This document shows positions 38,351 through 53,247 of a DNA stretch of 64,000 nt, piece after piece. Below the pieces are notes generated by a model, which ran no database searches, was not told where the DNA came from, and worked only from the letters and a program-made list of their open reading frames with translations. The stretch's first letter is position 1. Each line of letters begins with the position of its first letter. A program made the translations under genes and the position numbers. Origin of the DNA: Octopus sinensis (lineage: Eukaryota); NCBI RefSeq assembly GCF_006345805.1, contig NC_042998.1, positions 56,420,001 through 56,484,000 on the forward strand. Direction: 5' to 3'.

Positions 38351-40795
38351 TATTTGGTGGGAGAGTCCGTATAGGGTTTAGCTATGTTTTCAGTTTCGTT
38401 TTGCTTTGCCTGTAGATTTTCCAGGGGAGTTTACCTGTAATACACCGATAACCAGTTCAGTCAAATGTGTGACCTTGTGTTGATGGCAGTAGAAAGCATT
38501 AGACCACGAATTTTCTGTTTCAGTTTCAGAACATTCGGTATAAGAGAAAGAAAGATCGTATTATTGTGCTCCCATTTTTTTTTTACAACAGAATGTGATT
38601 TGGAGAAAACGTGAGTGTTATTTTTAGAAGATCAAGCGAGGCTTTAATGTTGCTTAGCTCCTGTTTAATTTTGATTTAGCAGCCATTTGATCAAAAGTAT
38701 TTCAACCGTGATCGTCTTGCATTTTTTTCACAATGTGCAGGAAAGATAGGACCACATTATTTATGTTCTTTTCTTAAATGGTGGGGGTGTAAATTGAAGG
38801 ATATTTGGCTGCTACTTTTACCAGTCCAAACGAATATGCAAAAGTTTCTTCGTTGGCTTTAGGCTCTATCTTTGACGCGTATAATTATAGCTTATATCAG
38901 GTGGAACTTTCATATACTTCATTTTACGGATGTTATATTCTGTTACATCTTGGAATCATTCGTGTTGTTTTCAAAACATTATTAAATTACTGATTTCTGA
39001 ATTTCTCACGAAATCTTATAAATATTCGAATAATGAAATAAGTTGTTGCTCTTATGACTTTTCCCTAATGGGTTGAGCGTAAGAAAATTGTTCTTGTGGG
39101 GAACTGGAATCGAATTAATTTCCCCTTAAAGCGAGTGTTTGCTAACGTCGTATCTAATATAGGGTCGAGCAAAGTGTAGTCTTATAGTGGCGTGCATCGT
39201 TTAAGAGAATACTCGTTATTGTGTGAGGGTTTTCTTATTTTAGAACCAAGTTACAAGATCCAAAAGGCTAGTGATCATGGACATTCCAATTATGACCATC
39301 CTATCTCTTTAGGAGTTATAAGTCGTCTAACTTCTATCAAACAAAAATAGTGGTGGAATTGGTTGAATCTTGAGTGCATTGGAGAAAATAAAATTCCTTG
39401 TGGTATCTATCTACCTTCCTTTACGTTCTGAGTTCATATTTTAATGAGGTCAACTTTGCCTTTTACCCTTCAGGGTCGAGAAAATAATGTAAAACTTAAG
39501 TAATGAGATCGATTTAGTCTACTGTGCCCTACCCTAAAGTGTGTGTGTAGCCTAATTCTATGCATTAGAAATCATTTATATTACATAAATGAATGGGAAA
39601 TTACCAAGTTATTTGAATTTGTAATCAGTTTTCATATATTAACTGAGTTTATCTGGATATAGGTTGTATATGTAATATAACTATGACATTGTATACATGA
39701 TGTAAATGTAACAATGTTGCATATCTAAATATAAATACGACACTATATGTTCAACGTTTGGTATACAACAAAATATATATTCTGTGCTTTGTGTCACATC
39801 AATGAACTGTCAAGTACACATTAACCTCCACTGTGCTCGTATCCAGCATGCTTAACCTTCGCTAACCCAGTCCCCTTCACAAAGGAAACAAATGATGCTC
39901 TGATTAGGTAAAGTTGACTAAGGCAAGCAAAACCTACACACATATTTAGAGGATTTATGTAGCCCATCCTCAGTCGACTAAGCTGACCACCCAATGAAAG
40001 TCTATAGCCTAGGGAGATTGTAAATACACAGAGTAAGACACCACCATCCCTTACCATATTTCTCTTCACTAACCACCCGCATGTTTTTCACTCTGCGCCT
40101 CGCTGTTTATTCCTTGATGCAGATCACTCCACACATCGCCATTGTAGTCTTCTTATACTTCTGAGGAATTACAACCGTGTTTCGTGGTCTGCTACCACAA
40201 CAGCTCCTTTATAGGATCCAGTTAGCTCAAGACATCATCAGGAGGAACCATGTCCGGTTTTGGCCCCTACTCCTCTACCGTTTTGACATGGAGTCCCCCC
40301 CCCCCTTTCGGAGGTGCCTTCAGCTCTGGTGTTGGGTGCATGACTTCTTTCTTCTTTCTTCTGTTCCCAAGCCTCTTCGGTGTAGCTTCAACGAGTGTCA
40401 GCCGGTGACTGACTGACTTGTCAAATTTTTTCCCTTTAAATACCTGCCTAGGCTCCAGCAACAGCCCCAGCGTGTTGTCACGTGACACTGTATCAACTTT
40501 AAGTGACCAATGAAGGCGCGTAGTCTTAGCACACGCATTCTTGCCAATGTAGTCTTCTTGTACTTCTTTTACTCGAGATTTGTCTGTGCATGGATATGGA
40601 CATATTCGTTAAAAAGCAAGAACAGTAATGACAATAACAACATGAGAAAGGTTGCAACAAAGCTTCGTTTTGTTTTTTGTTTTTTTTTTCCGTCAGAGAG
40701 AACACGATAAATGAGATCTACAAAAACACATGCCAAACAATTTTTTTTTATGAAAAGTCGGGAAATTTTAGAAATACACAAATTAAGTGACTTAC

Positions 40796-40932
40796 CCAAG
40801 GCATTCCACTGTCAACACACAGTTCCCATGGAAATAAACTGATTTCACACTGAAACTCTGTCAAAACAATCTTAGATGCTTCAGGATCGAGATAAGCGTT
40901 GAATTCAGCTGTCCTGGTAATGTTTCCTTTGG
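40796..40932 (-). CDS. Nucleoside hydrolase exon 4 (not in the ORF track)
   Basis: TTACAG|CC acceptor; KGNITRTAEFNAYLDPEASKIVLTEFQCEISLFPWELCVDSGMPW; GTAAGT donor; 137 nt. Confidence 0.92.
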
Positions 40933-40977
40933 CTGTAACGTATTATAATGGCATATATATGTATATTCATATGTGTA

Positions 40978-41037
<60 letters not shown>

Positions 41038-41176
41038 GTGTGTGTGTGTGTGTGTATGTATGTGTGTCCATTTCTGTTCTTATGTGTGTATATATACATA
41101 CATACGTACGCACACATATACATATATTGGAAAATAAGATTGAGTTGAAAATGTGCGCAAGAGTTTTTATATCTGT

Positions 41177-41228
<52 letters not shown>

Positions 41229-41246
41229 ATATATATATATATATAT

Positions 41247-41277
<31 letters not shown>

Positions 41278-41734
41278 GACACAAATTGGTACAGTACTCC
41301 TCTTATTCTTCAGATCATTCAGTCATTTCACACTTATGAAGTTAAAAGTCTCCTGAGGATGGATTCCAGTTCATTCTAGCCTTTTACTTTCCTTTTAGTC
41401 TTATTTATTTATATTTTTATCCTTGTTTTCTTATTATACTGTCCTCGGTGGTTTCTCACCATCCTCCAAAGTCCATTTCCCACCCGTCACCACAACACTA
41501 CGGATTGTAACAGCATCTGGCAGCTTTCGTGCACGTTTATACTAAAGGCACAAAGCCTGAAATTTGGTGGGAGGAGACTAGTCGATTACATTGATCCTAG
41601 TGTTTCACGGGTACTTAGTTTATCAACCCCGAAAGTATGAAAGGCGAAGTCGACCACGGAGGAATTTGAAGTCAGAAGTTACAGACAGGCGAAATGCCAG
41701 GCATGCTAACGACTCTGCCAGCTCGCCGCCAATA

Positions 41735-42430
<696 letters not shown>

Positions 42431-42985
42431 AATATATTAGTGATACCTTTGTCACAGATCAGAATATGCGACTTGCTTTCCCAAATTTTCGTACTCTAAA
42501 GGATTTTTATTGTAGTACTGTGATTAAAACCACTCTGAAAAGGACTTGCTTTTCTTTGTTTTGTTATTCTATTGTCGAATAATATATTCCGATGAAGCTG
42601 ATAGCTTTCGTGACAATAAAAAATCACATTCAATGGCATTGATTTATGGAATGCCAGATCAAAATAATAGCTTAATAATTTTCTCCGGCAAAATATGGTC
42701 TTTGTGAATTTTCAGTTCAGATATGTCATTATAAAAATATATTAAAAATCAACAATCAATCAATACATACATATATACAGCCATTTACACACGCGCGCGT
42801 GCACACACACACACACACACACATCCTGTAGGCGCGGGCGTAGCTGTGTGGTAAGACACTTGCCAGACAGAACTCTGTGTTCAGTCCCTCAGCGTAACAA
42901 CTTGGGCAAATGTCTACTAAAGACCCGAGTTAACCAAAACCTTGTGAGCGAGATTTTGGTAGATAGAAACTGAAAGAAGCCCCTC

Positions 42986-43020
<35 letters not shown>

Positions 43021-43224
43021 TGTTTCTAGGATATCCCAGAGTATGGTATATTCCGTCATCGAAGACAAATAGGGAGAATTAAAGATTTGGAAATAAAAAG
43101 ATAGTAGTAGTAGTAGTAGTGGTGGTGGTGGTGGTGCTTGTGGTGGTGGTGGTGGTGGTGGTGGTAGTAGTTGTTGTTGTTGTTGTAGCTGTTGCTGTTG
43201 TAGTAGTATGATAAAATGACATAC

Positions 43225-43341
43225 CTTGGTAATTTCCGCCCATTATATAGCAAGACTTCAATTGCTGGCTAAACAGCGGGTAAAGACGATGTGCAAGGGC
43301 TAGGTCGGTTAACGGGCCCATAGCAACGAGCGTTATTTGTC
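43225..43341 (-). CDS. Nucleoside hydrolase exon 3
   Basis: TTTCAG|GA acceptor; QITLVAMGPLTDLALA..CYIMGGNYQ; GTATGT donor. Confidence 0.92.
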
Positions 43342-43901
43342 CTGAAATTGAAAGATGGGCAATAGATTATTTTATCATAAGGATTTCTTCATAAACCAAT
43401 CACGTGACAAGCATGCATTCATTTTGAGAAGGATAAGAGAATTGGCAATATAAATGAATTAAAATTACCTCGGGAGGAAATTGAACCAGAAGTTGGTTTG
43501 TTTCGGTAAGAACATAGGTGTATTTTTGTGACATATTATTAGCGTTATCGCGTCACCGAAGACTGTGCATTCTGATTCGCTTATGCTCTATCATTAACAA
43601 TAACATCTGACGATTACCACCAGATTCTCATTTAATGCGGCGTAGGGTTGCGTACGATTTTCATTCGACAGAATACGAAGATATTGCAAATGAAAAGCGT
43701 CAATTGTTTCAACCAACTAAATTTATGTCAAAGTTGTTAGTTATTTACTAGAATACCCAGTACTGCCCGAGAAATAAAGTACGTAGTTGGTGAGCAATTT
43801 ATTGAATGAGAATCATCGGCATTTTTCTTTTAAATTTCAAACACAATGTCAGCTATTTGTAACAGATATACACAATGTTTTTATTGTTGTTGTTGTTGTT
43901 G

Positions 43902-43962
<61 letters not shown>

Positions 43963-44097
43963 TTTTAATTGTGCTTCAATTATCTTCTGCAATGTGAATC
44001 TTCCAATGTAAAAAGATAAGTATATCTCTTTCAGTATTTACTTATTACATTGTTTGCAAGCGAGTCGGTGTGTTTATGAATGTGCGTTCATGCATGC

Positions 44098-44146
<49 letters not shown>

Positions 44147-44574
44147 TAATGACGTTCTCGTGAATTGTTTCCTTTTCATGAGAGGCAGGAAAATATTTCC
44201 CTGTGTTGATAAAAGCAATCACCATTTTTCGGTTTTAATCGATAATGCATCTTCACCCTCAAAATATATCTGGTTTTGTATCAATGCTAGAAATCACTAT
44301 ACAGTGTCTGGTACTTAATCATTTCACACACACACTCTCACACCCAATGAAAATAAGATAATGATTTTTCAACTGACATAAAAGATGTCATCGATTGGTG
44401 GGTGGATATGAAAAGTATAAATAACTGTTCAAATTTTGGCTCAAAGCCAGCAAGTTTAGAGAGGGGGCTTACCGAACATATCGCCCCTGTACTTGATAGA
44501 CACTTTCTTTTATCGACCCCTAAATGGATGAAAAGGAAGAAACATACAGTTGACTTCGGTGGTATTCAAACTCA

Positions 44575-44812
44575 GGGCGGCGAGCTGGCAGAAACGTTAG
44601 CACGCCGGGCGAAATGCTTAGCAGTATTTCGTCTGCGTTACGTTGTGAGTTCAAATTCCGCCTAGGTCGACTTTGCCTTTCATCCTTTCGGGGTCGATAA
44701 ATTAAGTACCAGTTACGCACTGGGGTCGATGTAATCGACTTAATACCTATGTCTGTCCTTGTTTGTCCCCTCTGTGTTTAGCCCCTTGTGGGTAATAAAG
44801 AAATAGGTATTC
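44575..44812 (+). mobile_element. Family A SINE (head + 1 unit)
   Basis: GGCGGCGAGCTGGCAGAAACGTTAGC..AAAGAAATAGGTATT. Confidence 0.8.
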
Positions 44813-45276
44813 AAGCTCAGTACGAAAAGAGCTGGAAGGAATGCCGCTAAGCATTTTTGTCCGACGTGCTATTTTACCAGCTCGTCGTCTTATAAAAGTA
44901 CAAAAGAATTCATTTTACTACAGGAACAAGGCCTGAAATTTGAGGGTGTGAGCGGTTAGTCGATTACATTGACCCTAGTGCTCAACTGGTACTTATTTTA
45001 ATGACACCGAAAAGATAAAATGCTAAGTCGACCTCGACGGAGTTTGAACTCAGAACATAAAGGAGGAAGAAATGCAGCTAAGCAGTTTGTCCAAGGAGCA
45101 AACGATTCTGTTGCTTCGCCGCCTGCATGAAAGTAAAAGAAATCCGTTCCACTATAAACATAAAGACTGAAATTTTGGAGGAAGGGGCTGGTTCATTACA
45201 TCAATTCTAGAGCTCAACTTATTTTATCGATATGAAAAATGTAAATATAAATAAATAATAATGTTACTCTTTTTAC

Positions 45277-45451
45277 CAGGATATTTTTTGACATTTTCAA
45301 TCATTGTCCAGACTGAATGTTCCTTTTGAACAAGTTCCAAAGAGGGCACATTCGGATCAGGAGCATTCCCAAAACCATCAGTACCAAAATAGTCGTCTCC
45401 TTTCACCAGTTGAGTCATCAAAGCATGATCACTTCCTTGAAAAACTGGGAG
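45277..45451 (-). CDS. Nucleoside hydrolase exon 2
   Basis: CTTCAG|CTC acceptor; LPVFQGSDHAL..YFGTDGFGNAPDP..EHSVWTMIENVKKYP; GTAAAA donor. Confidence 0.92.
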
Positions 45452-45538
45452 CTGAAGAACAATTTTAAAAAGTACCGTTACGATAATGCATATACATTAA
45501 CATACACACACACACACACACACACGAATATATCCGGG

Positions 45539-45864
45539 ATCCCCTTCGGTCACGACACTGACCATGGGATTGCACCTAGAAAGTTATCCTCCTAGTCACA
45601 AGTCTGGGCATGGTTGTTTATGGAAGACCAGCAGTCGCCCATGCATACCGGCGTCCCCTCTCCACGCCACCAGTGTTATCCAAGGGAAAGGCAAAGGCCG
45701 ATACAGCTTGGCACTCGTGACGTCGCAACTCATTTCTACAGCTGAGTGAACTGGAGCAACGTAAAATAAAGTGTCTTGCTCAAGAACACAACACGCAGCC
45801 CGGTCCGGGATTCGAGCTCACAACCTCACGATCGTAAGCTCGAAGCTCTAACACTGAGCCATGC

Positions 45865-45865
<1 letters not shown>
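45539..45865 (-). mobile_element. Family D SINE (full length)
   Basis: Reverse complement of 22490-22827. Confidence 0.85.
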
Positions 45866-46146
<281 letters not shown>

Positions 46147-46147
46147 T

Positions 46148-46365
46148 GTTGCTCCAGTTCACTCAGCTGTAGAAATGAGTTGCGACGTCACTGGTGCCAA
46201 GCTGTATCGACCTTTGTCTTTCCCTGGATAACACTGGTGGCGTGGAGAGGGGAGGCTGGTATGCATGGGCGACTGCTGGTCTTCCATAAACAACCTTGCC
46301 CGGACTTGTGTCTAGGAGGGTAACTTTCTAGGTGCAATCCCATGGTCATTCATGACCGAAGGGGG

Positions 46366-46370
<5 letters not shown>
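46148..46370 (+). mobile_element. Family D SINE (5'-truncated)
   Basis: GTTGCTCCAGTTCACTCAGCTG..GACCGAAGGGGGTCTTT. Confidence 0.85.
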
Positions 46371-46396
<26 letters not shown>

Positions 46397-46529
46397 AACA
46401 AATATTATTTATTATGTTGTATAAAAATAAAAGTTAAAAAATTCTAGAAAAGGATACCATAAACTGATTAGTTAAGAGAAATATATAGATCAATTTAAAC
46501 ATTAAAAAGATGACTATTATGTAGAATCT

Positions 46530-46802
46530 TTTATTCTTTTGTTTCAGTCATTTGACTATGGCCATAATGGAGCACCGCCTTTTGTCGAGCGAATCGACCT
46601 GAGGACTTATTCTTTGTATGCCTAGTACTTATTCTATCGATCTCTTTTGCCGAACCGCTAGATTACGGGGACGTAAACGAACCAGCATCGGTTGTCAAGC
46701 GATGTTGGGGGGACAAACAAAGACGTACTAACATACATACACACACAAACACCACACACAATACACCACACACACACACACACACCACACACACACACAC
46801 AC

Positions 46803-46833
<31 letters not shown>

Positions 46834-46988
46834 CGACGGGCTTCTTTAAGTTTCCGTCTACCAAACCCACTCACAAGGCTTTGCTCGACCCGAGGCTATA
46901 GTAGTCATTTGCCCAAGGTGCCACGCAGTGGACTGAACCCGGAACCATGTGGTTAGTAAGCAAACTACTTACCACACAGCCACTCCTC
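46530..46988 (-). mobile_element. Family B SINE
   Basis: Homologous to 8665-9077. Confidence 0.8.
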
Positions 46989-47258
46989 ATCTTTACATAA
47001 ATTATTAGGTGGTCACTATAAAGATCACTCAAACCACTTACATATGGAATTTACGTGGAAAAAATATACATGCTATCTATTGGCTGAAAGTAAGGAATCA
47101 GGAAGCAGGATAATAAGATAAATATAAGTATACAAGAAAAAATGTTAACATCAATGAAAAGTGTGTACTGATATAAGTAGAAACATATGCAAAGATGCAT
47201 ATCTACTTATGTAGATACATATGTATCTACATAAGTAGATACATATGCAAAAAGGATT

Positions 47259-47289
<31 letters not shown>

Positions 47290-47292
<3 letters not shown>

Positions 47293-47342
47293 TAGATAGA
47301 TAGATACATATGCAAAAAGGATTTACATATATATATAGAGAG

Positions 47343-47376
<34 letters not shown>

Positions 47377-47443
47377 GGATAGATAGATAGATAGATATGA
47401 TAGATAGATAAGATAGATAGTAGATAGATAGATAGATAGATAG

Positions 47444-47474
<31 letters not shown>

Positions 47475-47541
47475 GTAGAGATAGTAGATAGATGATAGAT
47501 ATAGATAGATAGATATAGATAGATAGATAGATAGATATAGT

Positions 47542-47572
<31 letters not shown>
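47290..47572. repeat. (GATA)n microsatellite
   Basis: Directly visible. Confidence 0.95.
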
Positions 47573-47574
<2 letters not shown>

Positions 47575-47904
47575 GCAAAAAGGATTTACATATATATAGA
47601 TAGATTAGTGGTACAACAAGGCACCAATATTCACTGGAAATAGCAGTCGATAAAATTACGACGCTATAGTAAAGCTTCACTGCTATTGGTGTCTTGTACC
47701 ACTAATCTATATTTATATTTATATTTATATTTATATTTATACTTCTATCTTTACCGTGCTTTGTTTTACTGGAAAGTAATAACATTTGTATTGCAATATT
47801 TATTTTCATTGAAAACTGTTTCACTGTTCTCGTTCTGTGAACGGCTAAGCATTTAGGCGAGTATACTGGCATTGATGTGGCAACAATTGAAGTATTGTCT
47901 AGGT

Positions 47905-47978
47905 AAATACAGCTGATGAAGACTGATCAAATTTACGTTGACAAACGTACTTAAAGAGTCTGAAACCAGTCCTGCATT
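47905..47978 (+). ncRNA. Minimal type I hammerhead ribozyme motif
   Basis: CUGAUGA (47913-19), stem II AGACU/AGUCU, GAAA (47962-65), stem III AC-CA-GU, GUC triplet (47969-71), and stem I AAUACAG/CUGCAUU with one mismatch. Confidence 0.65.
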
Positions 47979-48180
47979 ATCCAATTCTAGGTTGTCCATT
48001 TATCGAATGTTCTTCCAAGAAGTAAGACAAATTTTTCATGTTTGTTACACTCACACGTCTTTGCCAGTATATACGCAATGAAATTTTACCATTAATCTAT
48101 ATTTATATATATATATATTTATATTTATACGTCTACCTTTACGGTGCTTTATTTCACTGGAAAGTAATACATTTGTATTG

Positions 48181-48228
<48 letters not shown>

Positions 48229-48262
48229 TAGAGAAAAAAACAATATGTATGTATATACATAT

Positions 48263-48305
<43 letters not shown>

Positions 48306-48580
48306 TATAATAATATATATATACACATTTATATATATACATACATACATACATACATACATACATACATACATAAATACATACATACAACATACATACA
48401 CACGCTTATATAAAGAGTATAGTATAATTATATGGCGTAATTATAAGTAACTGAAAAGTATCAATTTAAAATCTAAAACTGCATGCGTGTTGATCTCAAT
48501 TATAGCTTCAACTATGTTCTTTAAGGCTCACCAACCACACCTTAAAACTTTGAATTCTATTCAGAAACTTCCAGACTTAC

Positions 48581-48763
48581 TTTTAGGCTGTTACACGCCT
48601 GAAGTATCCTCAAAGCATTCTTCATTGCATTAGGTCGAGTTGTATTGCCATGGTGAATATGAAGCGAAATAATTTCAATATCGGGTCGTGCTACAGCCAT
48701 GAAGATAGCCTGAGCATCGTCGATACCTGGGTCAGCATTGATCATAATTTTTTTGGAACTCAT
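48581..48763 (-). CDS. Nucleoside hydrolase exon 1 (ATG)
   Basis: MSSKKIMINADPGIDDAQAIFMA..GNT..KNALRIL; GTAAGT donor. An acceptor TTCCAG 11 nt upstream of the ATG implies a non-coding 5' exon, which was not located. Confidence 0.92.
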
Positions 48764-49049
48764 TTTAGAAGACACTGGAAAAACTGAAAAAGTAATTAAG
48801 AACGGCAGAAACCAAAACTTAAAGACGCTTATGTACACATATATACGAAATACACGAACATATCTAATTAAGTGGCACACATTCCTCCACCCGCTCTCTC
48901 TTTATCTATTCCTTCCTCTCTCTCCCTCTCTCTCCCTCTCTCTCCCTCTCTCTCTCTCCTTCTTCTCTCTCCTTCCTCACTCTTTCAGGAAATTTCAAGC
49001 CTTGCGCTACCAACGCACGAAGCTGAATGACATGCAGACAGTAAGGTGG

Positions 49050-49278
49050 GGAGCTGGCAGAAACGTTAGCGCGCCGAGCGAAATGCTTAGCGGTATTTCG
49101 TCTGCCGTTACGTTGTGAGTTCAAATTCCGCCGAGGTCGACTTTGCCTTTCATCCTTTCGGGGTCGATAAATTAAGTACCAGTTACGAACTGGGGTCGAT
49201 GTAATCGACTTAATACCTACGTCTGTCCTTGTTTGTCCCCTCTATGTTAAGCCCCTTGTGGGTAATAAAGAAATAAGT
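49050..49278 (+). mobile_element. Family A SINE (head + 1 unit)
   Basis: GAGCTGGCAGAAACGTTAGCGCGCC..AAAGAAATAAGTAT. Confidence 0.8.
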
Positions 49279-49625
49279 ATACACTGGCCCAGGAAGGACT
49301 GCAATCTCTGAATCAAAACAAGTGTGCGACCGTGCATTGACACGAGTAATGATGTATCTTTTCAGACACATAATTACTAAGTTGGCTATAAAATGCTGCA
49401 GCTGGCCCCGATGTAGTCTTAGAACTTTCAAACATACTCAACACACACTAACACATATGAGTATGTGCTGTTTATGTGTGTGTGCGTACGTATCTTTACA
49501 TTATATACGCACTGGTGCATATGTACATTCTCGTTTCATTTGTTTTATATTTGCTTTCAACATTCTTATTTTATCTTCAGATCATATTGTATGGAAATAT
49601 TTTCACGCTTCCTCCCTCTCTGTTA

Positions 49626-49703
<78 letters not shown>

Positions 49704-52199
49704 TGATATTTCTTTCCTTCCTGACTTTTTCCACTCATACTTCTTTCCGTTCTTAACTTAATGACGGAGCCTCTACAATGTCGTTCGACCTGATAGGAAA
49801 AAGCGGTAAAATCGGATCATATTGAATGACTTCCAACTACTTGAAGCATTTCAGATTGTCACAGGATTGAGAAAATTCTTCTAAAATTTTCTACACTGAT
49901 GTAGTTATGCGTGGAGGCACGTGTCTTAGTGGTTAGGGGTGTCAGCATCATGATTGTAAGATTGTGGTTTCGATTCCTGGACCGGGCGACGCGTTGTGTA
50001 CTTGAGCAAAACACTTCATTTCACGTTGCTCCAGTCCACTCAGCTGGCAAAAATTAGTAGGGCTGCGATGGACTAATCTATCTGGGGAAAACATACGCCA
50101 TAGAAACCGAGACCATGAGCCTGGCTAGGCTTTAAAAAGGGTGCATTTATTTATTTTTTTTTATGTAGTTATGCATGCTGATGACGAAAATCACAGTCAT
50201 TTTAGCAATGTAGGCTTCCAATTGATTAAAGCTACATAATTTTTTTAAATGCTTAAAACTTTTTTTATTATTGCAGCGTGGAAGGTGTTTATAAGCCATT
50301 TAAGCAACACACAAAAAAAGATACAGCACAGAATTTTGTCAGTGAACAGGTCGCGGTCTCAAAGCGACGAAAATATTTTGACAAATTAAATTTAAATGTT
50401 GAAGTGAATCTAAAGGTTTTTGTGTGTTTCTTAAATGGCTTATAAACACCTTCCACGCTGCAATTGTTTTCGTTCCAGCACACGATCTCAGATCAGGTCA
50501 CTTGCTATGCTAGTACATCTCCGTAATTTCTTATTATTAGTTTTTAGGAAAAGACGATAATCTGGCAAAATCTTTAGCACACAGAACAAAATGCTTAGCG
50601 GCATTTCGTCCGTCTTTACGTTCTGAGTTCAAATTCCGCCGAGCTCCTTTCATTCTCTTGGGGTCGATAAACTAAATACTAGTAAAACACTGGGATCGAT
50701 GTAATCGACTATTCCCCTCTCCAATTTCGGGCATTGTGCCTTAAATAGAAAGGATAATTAATTTCTAGAAAAAAACATGAATGTGATTTCTGTCATCAGC
50801 TAGTAAAACTACACACCAGCGTAGAAAATGTGAAAAGGATCTGATGAAATTCTTCAAGTGGTTGGAAGAACTTTAACAAGATCCACCAAATCTCTCTGAA
50901 ATCGAACTCAACGGTCAAAAAAGAAAAGAGAGAGAGAGAGAGAGAAGGACATAAGGGATGTGCAAACGTTTTCGAGAAGCGGTCACATGGGACATGGCTC
51001 ATCATCAAGGGACTGCACCAGTAAAACATCTAATGTAATCTTTCATTTAGGCGTGCCACTTAAACGGTTTTTTCGGGCCACATGCTTCCAGTGTTAGACA
51101 GTAGTTAGTGGATAATGACGTGGGGCGGTACTTCTTTAACTTTTTAGCATTAAAACCAGTCATATACGGCCCAAATGGTATATCTATTTAATGTTCAAAC
51201 CAGCCAGATTCTTCCTCTCACACCTACTCTACAGGTTGGTTTAAAAATAAACAATAACATCGTCAAAATCTTGAAGTTACAAGATAATACATGATTCATT
51301 CAAAACTATGTGACTGTATAAGCATTACATTCGACAGGGTAATCTGAATGCTAGAGGGTTAAGGTCTGCATAAGGTTGGGGGCCCAAGATGGTAGGCAGC
51401 AAAGTCAATGTCTGTCCCGGATGACGCCCTCTGGCTACGCTACCGACATTAGATAAGTCAATGCTTATCTCGTTATGTTTCGAAAGGTATTAAAAGGTTT
51501 GTTTTTTTTTAATGATAAAATTGCTGTTTAAGTCTGGGCAGTTTTGATCATAAGGATAGGTCTGATTAATCGGGACTGACCCAGGGCTAAGCAACATCAA
51601 ACACAACGACGAGCACAACCAACGCTACTACTACTACTACTACTACTACTAATACGACAACGACGGCAACGATGACACATCAGCTCAACATCAAAGAATA
51701 AATGAATAATTACATCACTTACCTTAACGGAAGTATTTGTTCAATGTATGGAGCGGCAGCAACAGGCGAAATTCTGCGCCCGTTTACTTGTCGAAGTATC
51801 AAAATCTTGTTTGCAAAAATATTGCAACTATGAATAATAAAAGATAAAAGCAAACACAGTAAGTATATTTATTTACTTACTAATCTGTATTTCTGCATTT
51901 CTGCCCACTTATCTATCATTCCATCCATTTATCTGTGTATGTGTGTGTGTGTGTGTGTTGTGTGTGTGTGTGTGTGTGTGTGCGCGTGCGTGTGTGTGTG
52001 TGCGTGCGTGCGCGTTTGTGTGTATGCACGAATTATTTACAAATTACGCAATTATACAAAAATAAACAACTCTTTCTTCACCCACCCCCTCATTCTACCC
52101 TCTTATGCTCTCCTTCTCTCTCTCTCTCTCTCTTTCTCTCTTTCTCTCAGTCAGCAAATTTGGGGACTGAACTTTATCTAAGTATTGATAAACTTACAT

Positions 52200-53200
52200 A
52201 AGCTCAGATATGCTTCGGTCAAAAATTATCTAACTTAATAACCACCGCCTGATAATATCTGAGAAGTCATTTTAAAGTCAAATTTTATGGTATCATGGAG
52301 GAGAGGGAGCACTCTGAAGGCCCACCCAGGCGGCTCAAAACCTTGCTGCATCACTGTACATACAGTTAATTTTCTAGATGTTACTTAAGATTTAAAATCT
52401 TCGCTGTACTCCCCTTACCATAAACCTAATCAATACCTCAGATACATTAGTATAAACACGAATCATCATAAATCTACCTTCGATAGTGTAATCAAAGGCA
52501 TATCTATCCGAATATTGGATCTCTCAACTACGGAGGAATTATCCCCAAAGCTACGCTATATACTATAACCAGGCACTAGCGGCTAGCGGCTTCTCCCAGC
52601 AAATTAAATTCATTGTAAACACTAGGCTTAAAAAAACACATCCACCAGCTCAATCTTTGAGGGTTATGCCCCACCACTGGACACACAAACCCTCCCACTA
52701 AAATCCCCGCGCTCCCCCCCCCCGTTCACCCGTATAACACTCGAACAATACTCAAACTGATAAACAAGGCTGACTCCCGGGGTTCTCCTCTAGCAAAAAA
52801 TATAGATTATACTACTCCTATATTGCCTAATAAAACTGGGAGAAGATCAATTCTCTGGTTTACACCCCCATTCGCTTTAAACGTTAAGGGCTTAGCCAAA
52901 ACCATTTTTTTTTTTATAATTGCAAGCTCTAACTTCCCACGTCACCATAAATACCATTCGATCTTCGACAGATCTCTGAAATTATCCTACTCCTCTCCGC
53001 TCAATATAGAATCTATAACCTTAGCACTATAACCAGCATAAACCAGAATGCGGATATCCTCACTTCCGAGTATGTCGAAGTACGGCTGAAATGAATGTTA
53101 ATACTAATAGTGTTACTACTACTATTGCTACTGCTGCTGCTGCTCCTCCTCCTACTACTACTACTACTACTACAACTTCTACTACTACCACCACCACCAC

Positions 53201-53247
<47 letters not shown>

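Noticed and set aside
40163-40210. Hammerhead-like fold on - strand (GTGGT/ACCAC stem, GAAA, GUA)
   Set aside because: The core reads CUGUUGU, lacking the essential A6 and A9, and stem I starts with a mismatch.
50178-50205. CTGATGA-C-GAAA...GTC motif
   Set aside because: There is no stem II and no stem I complementarity; probably chance.
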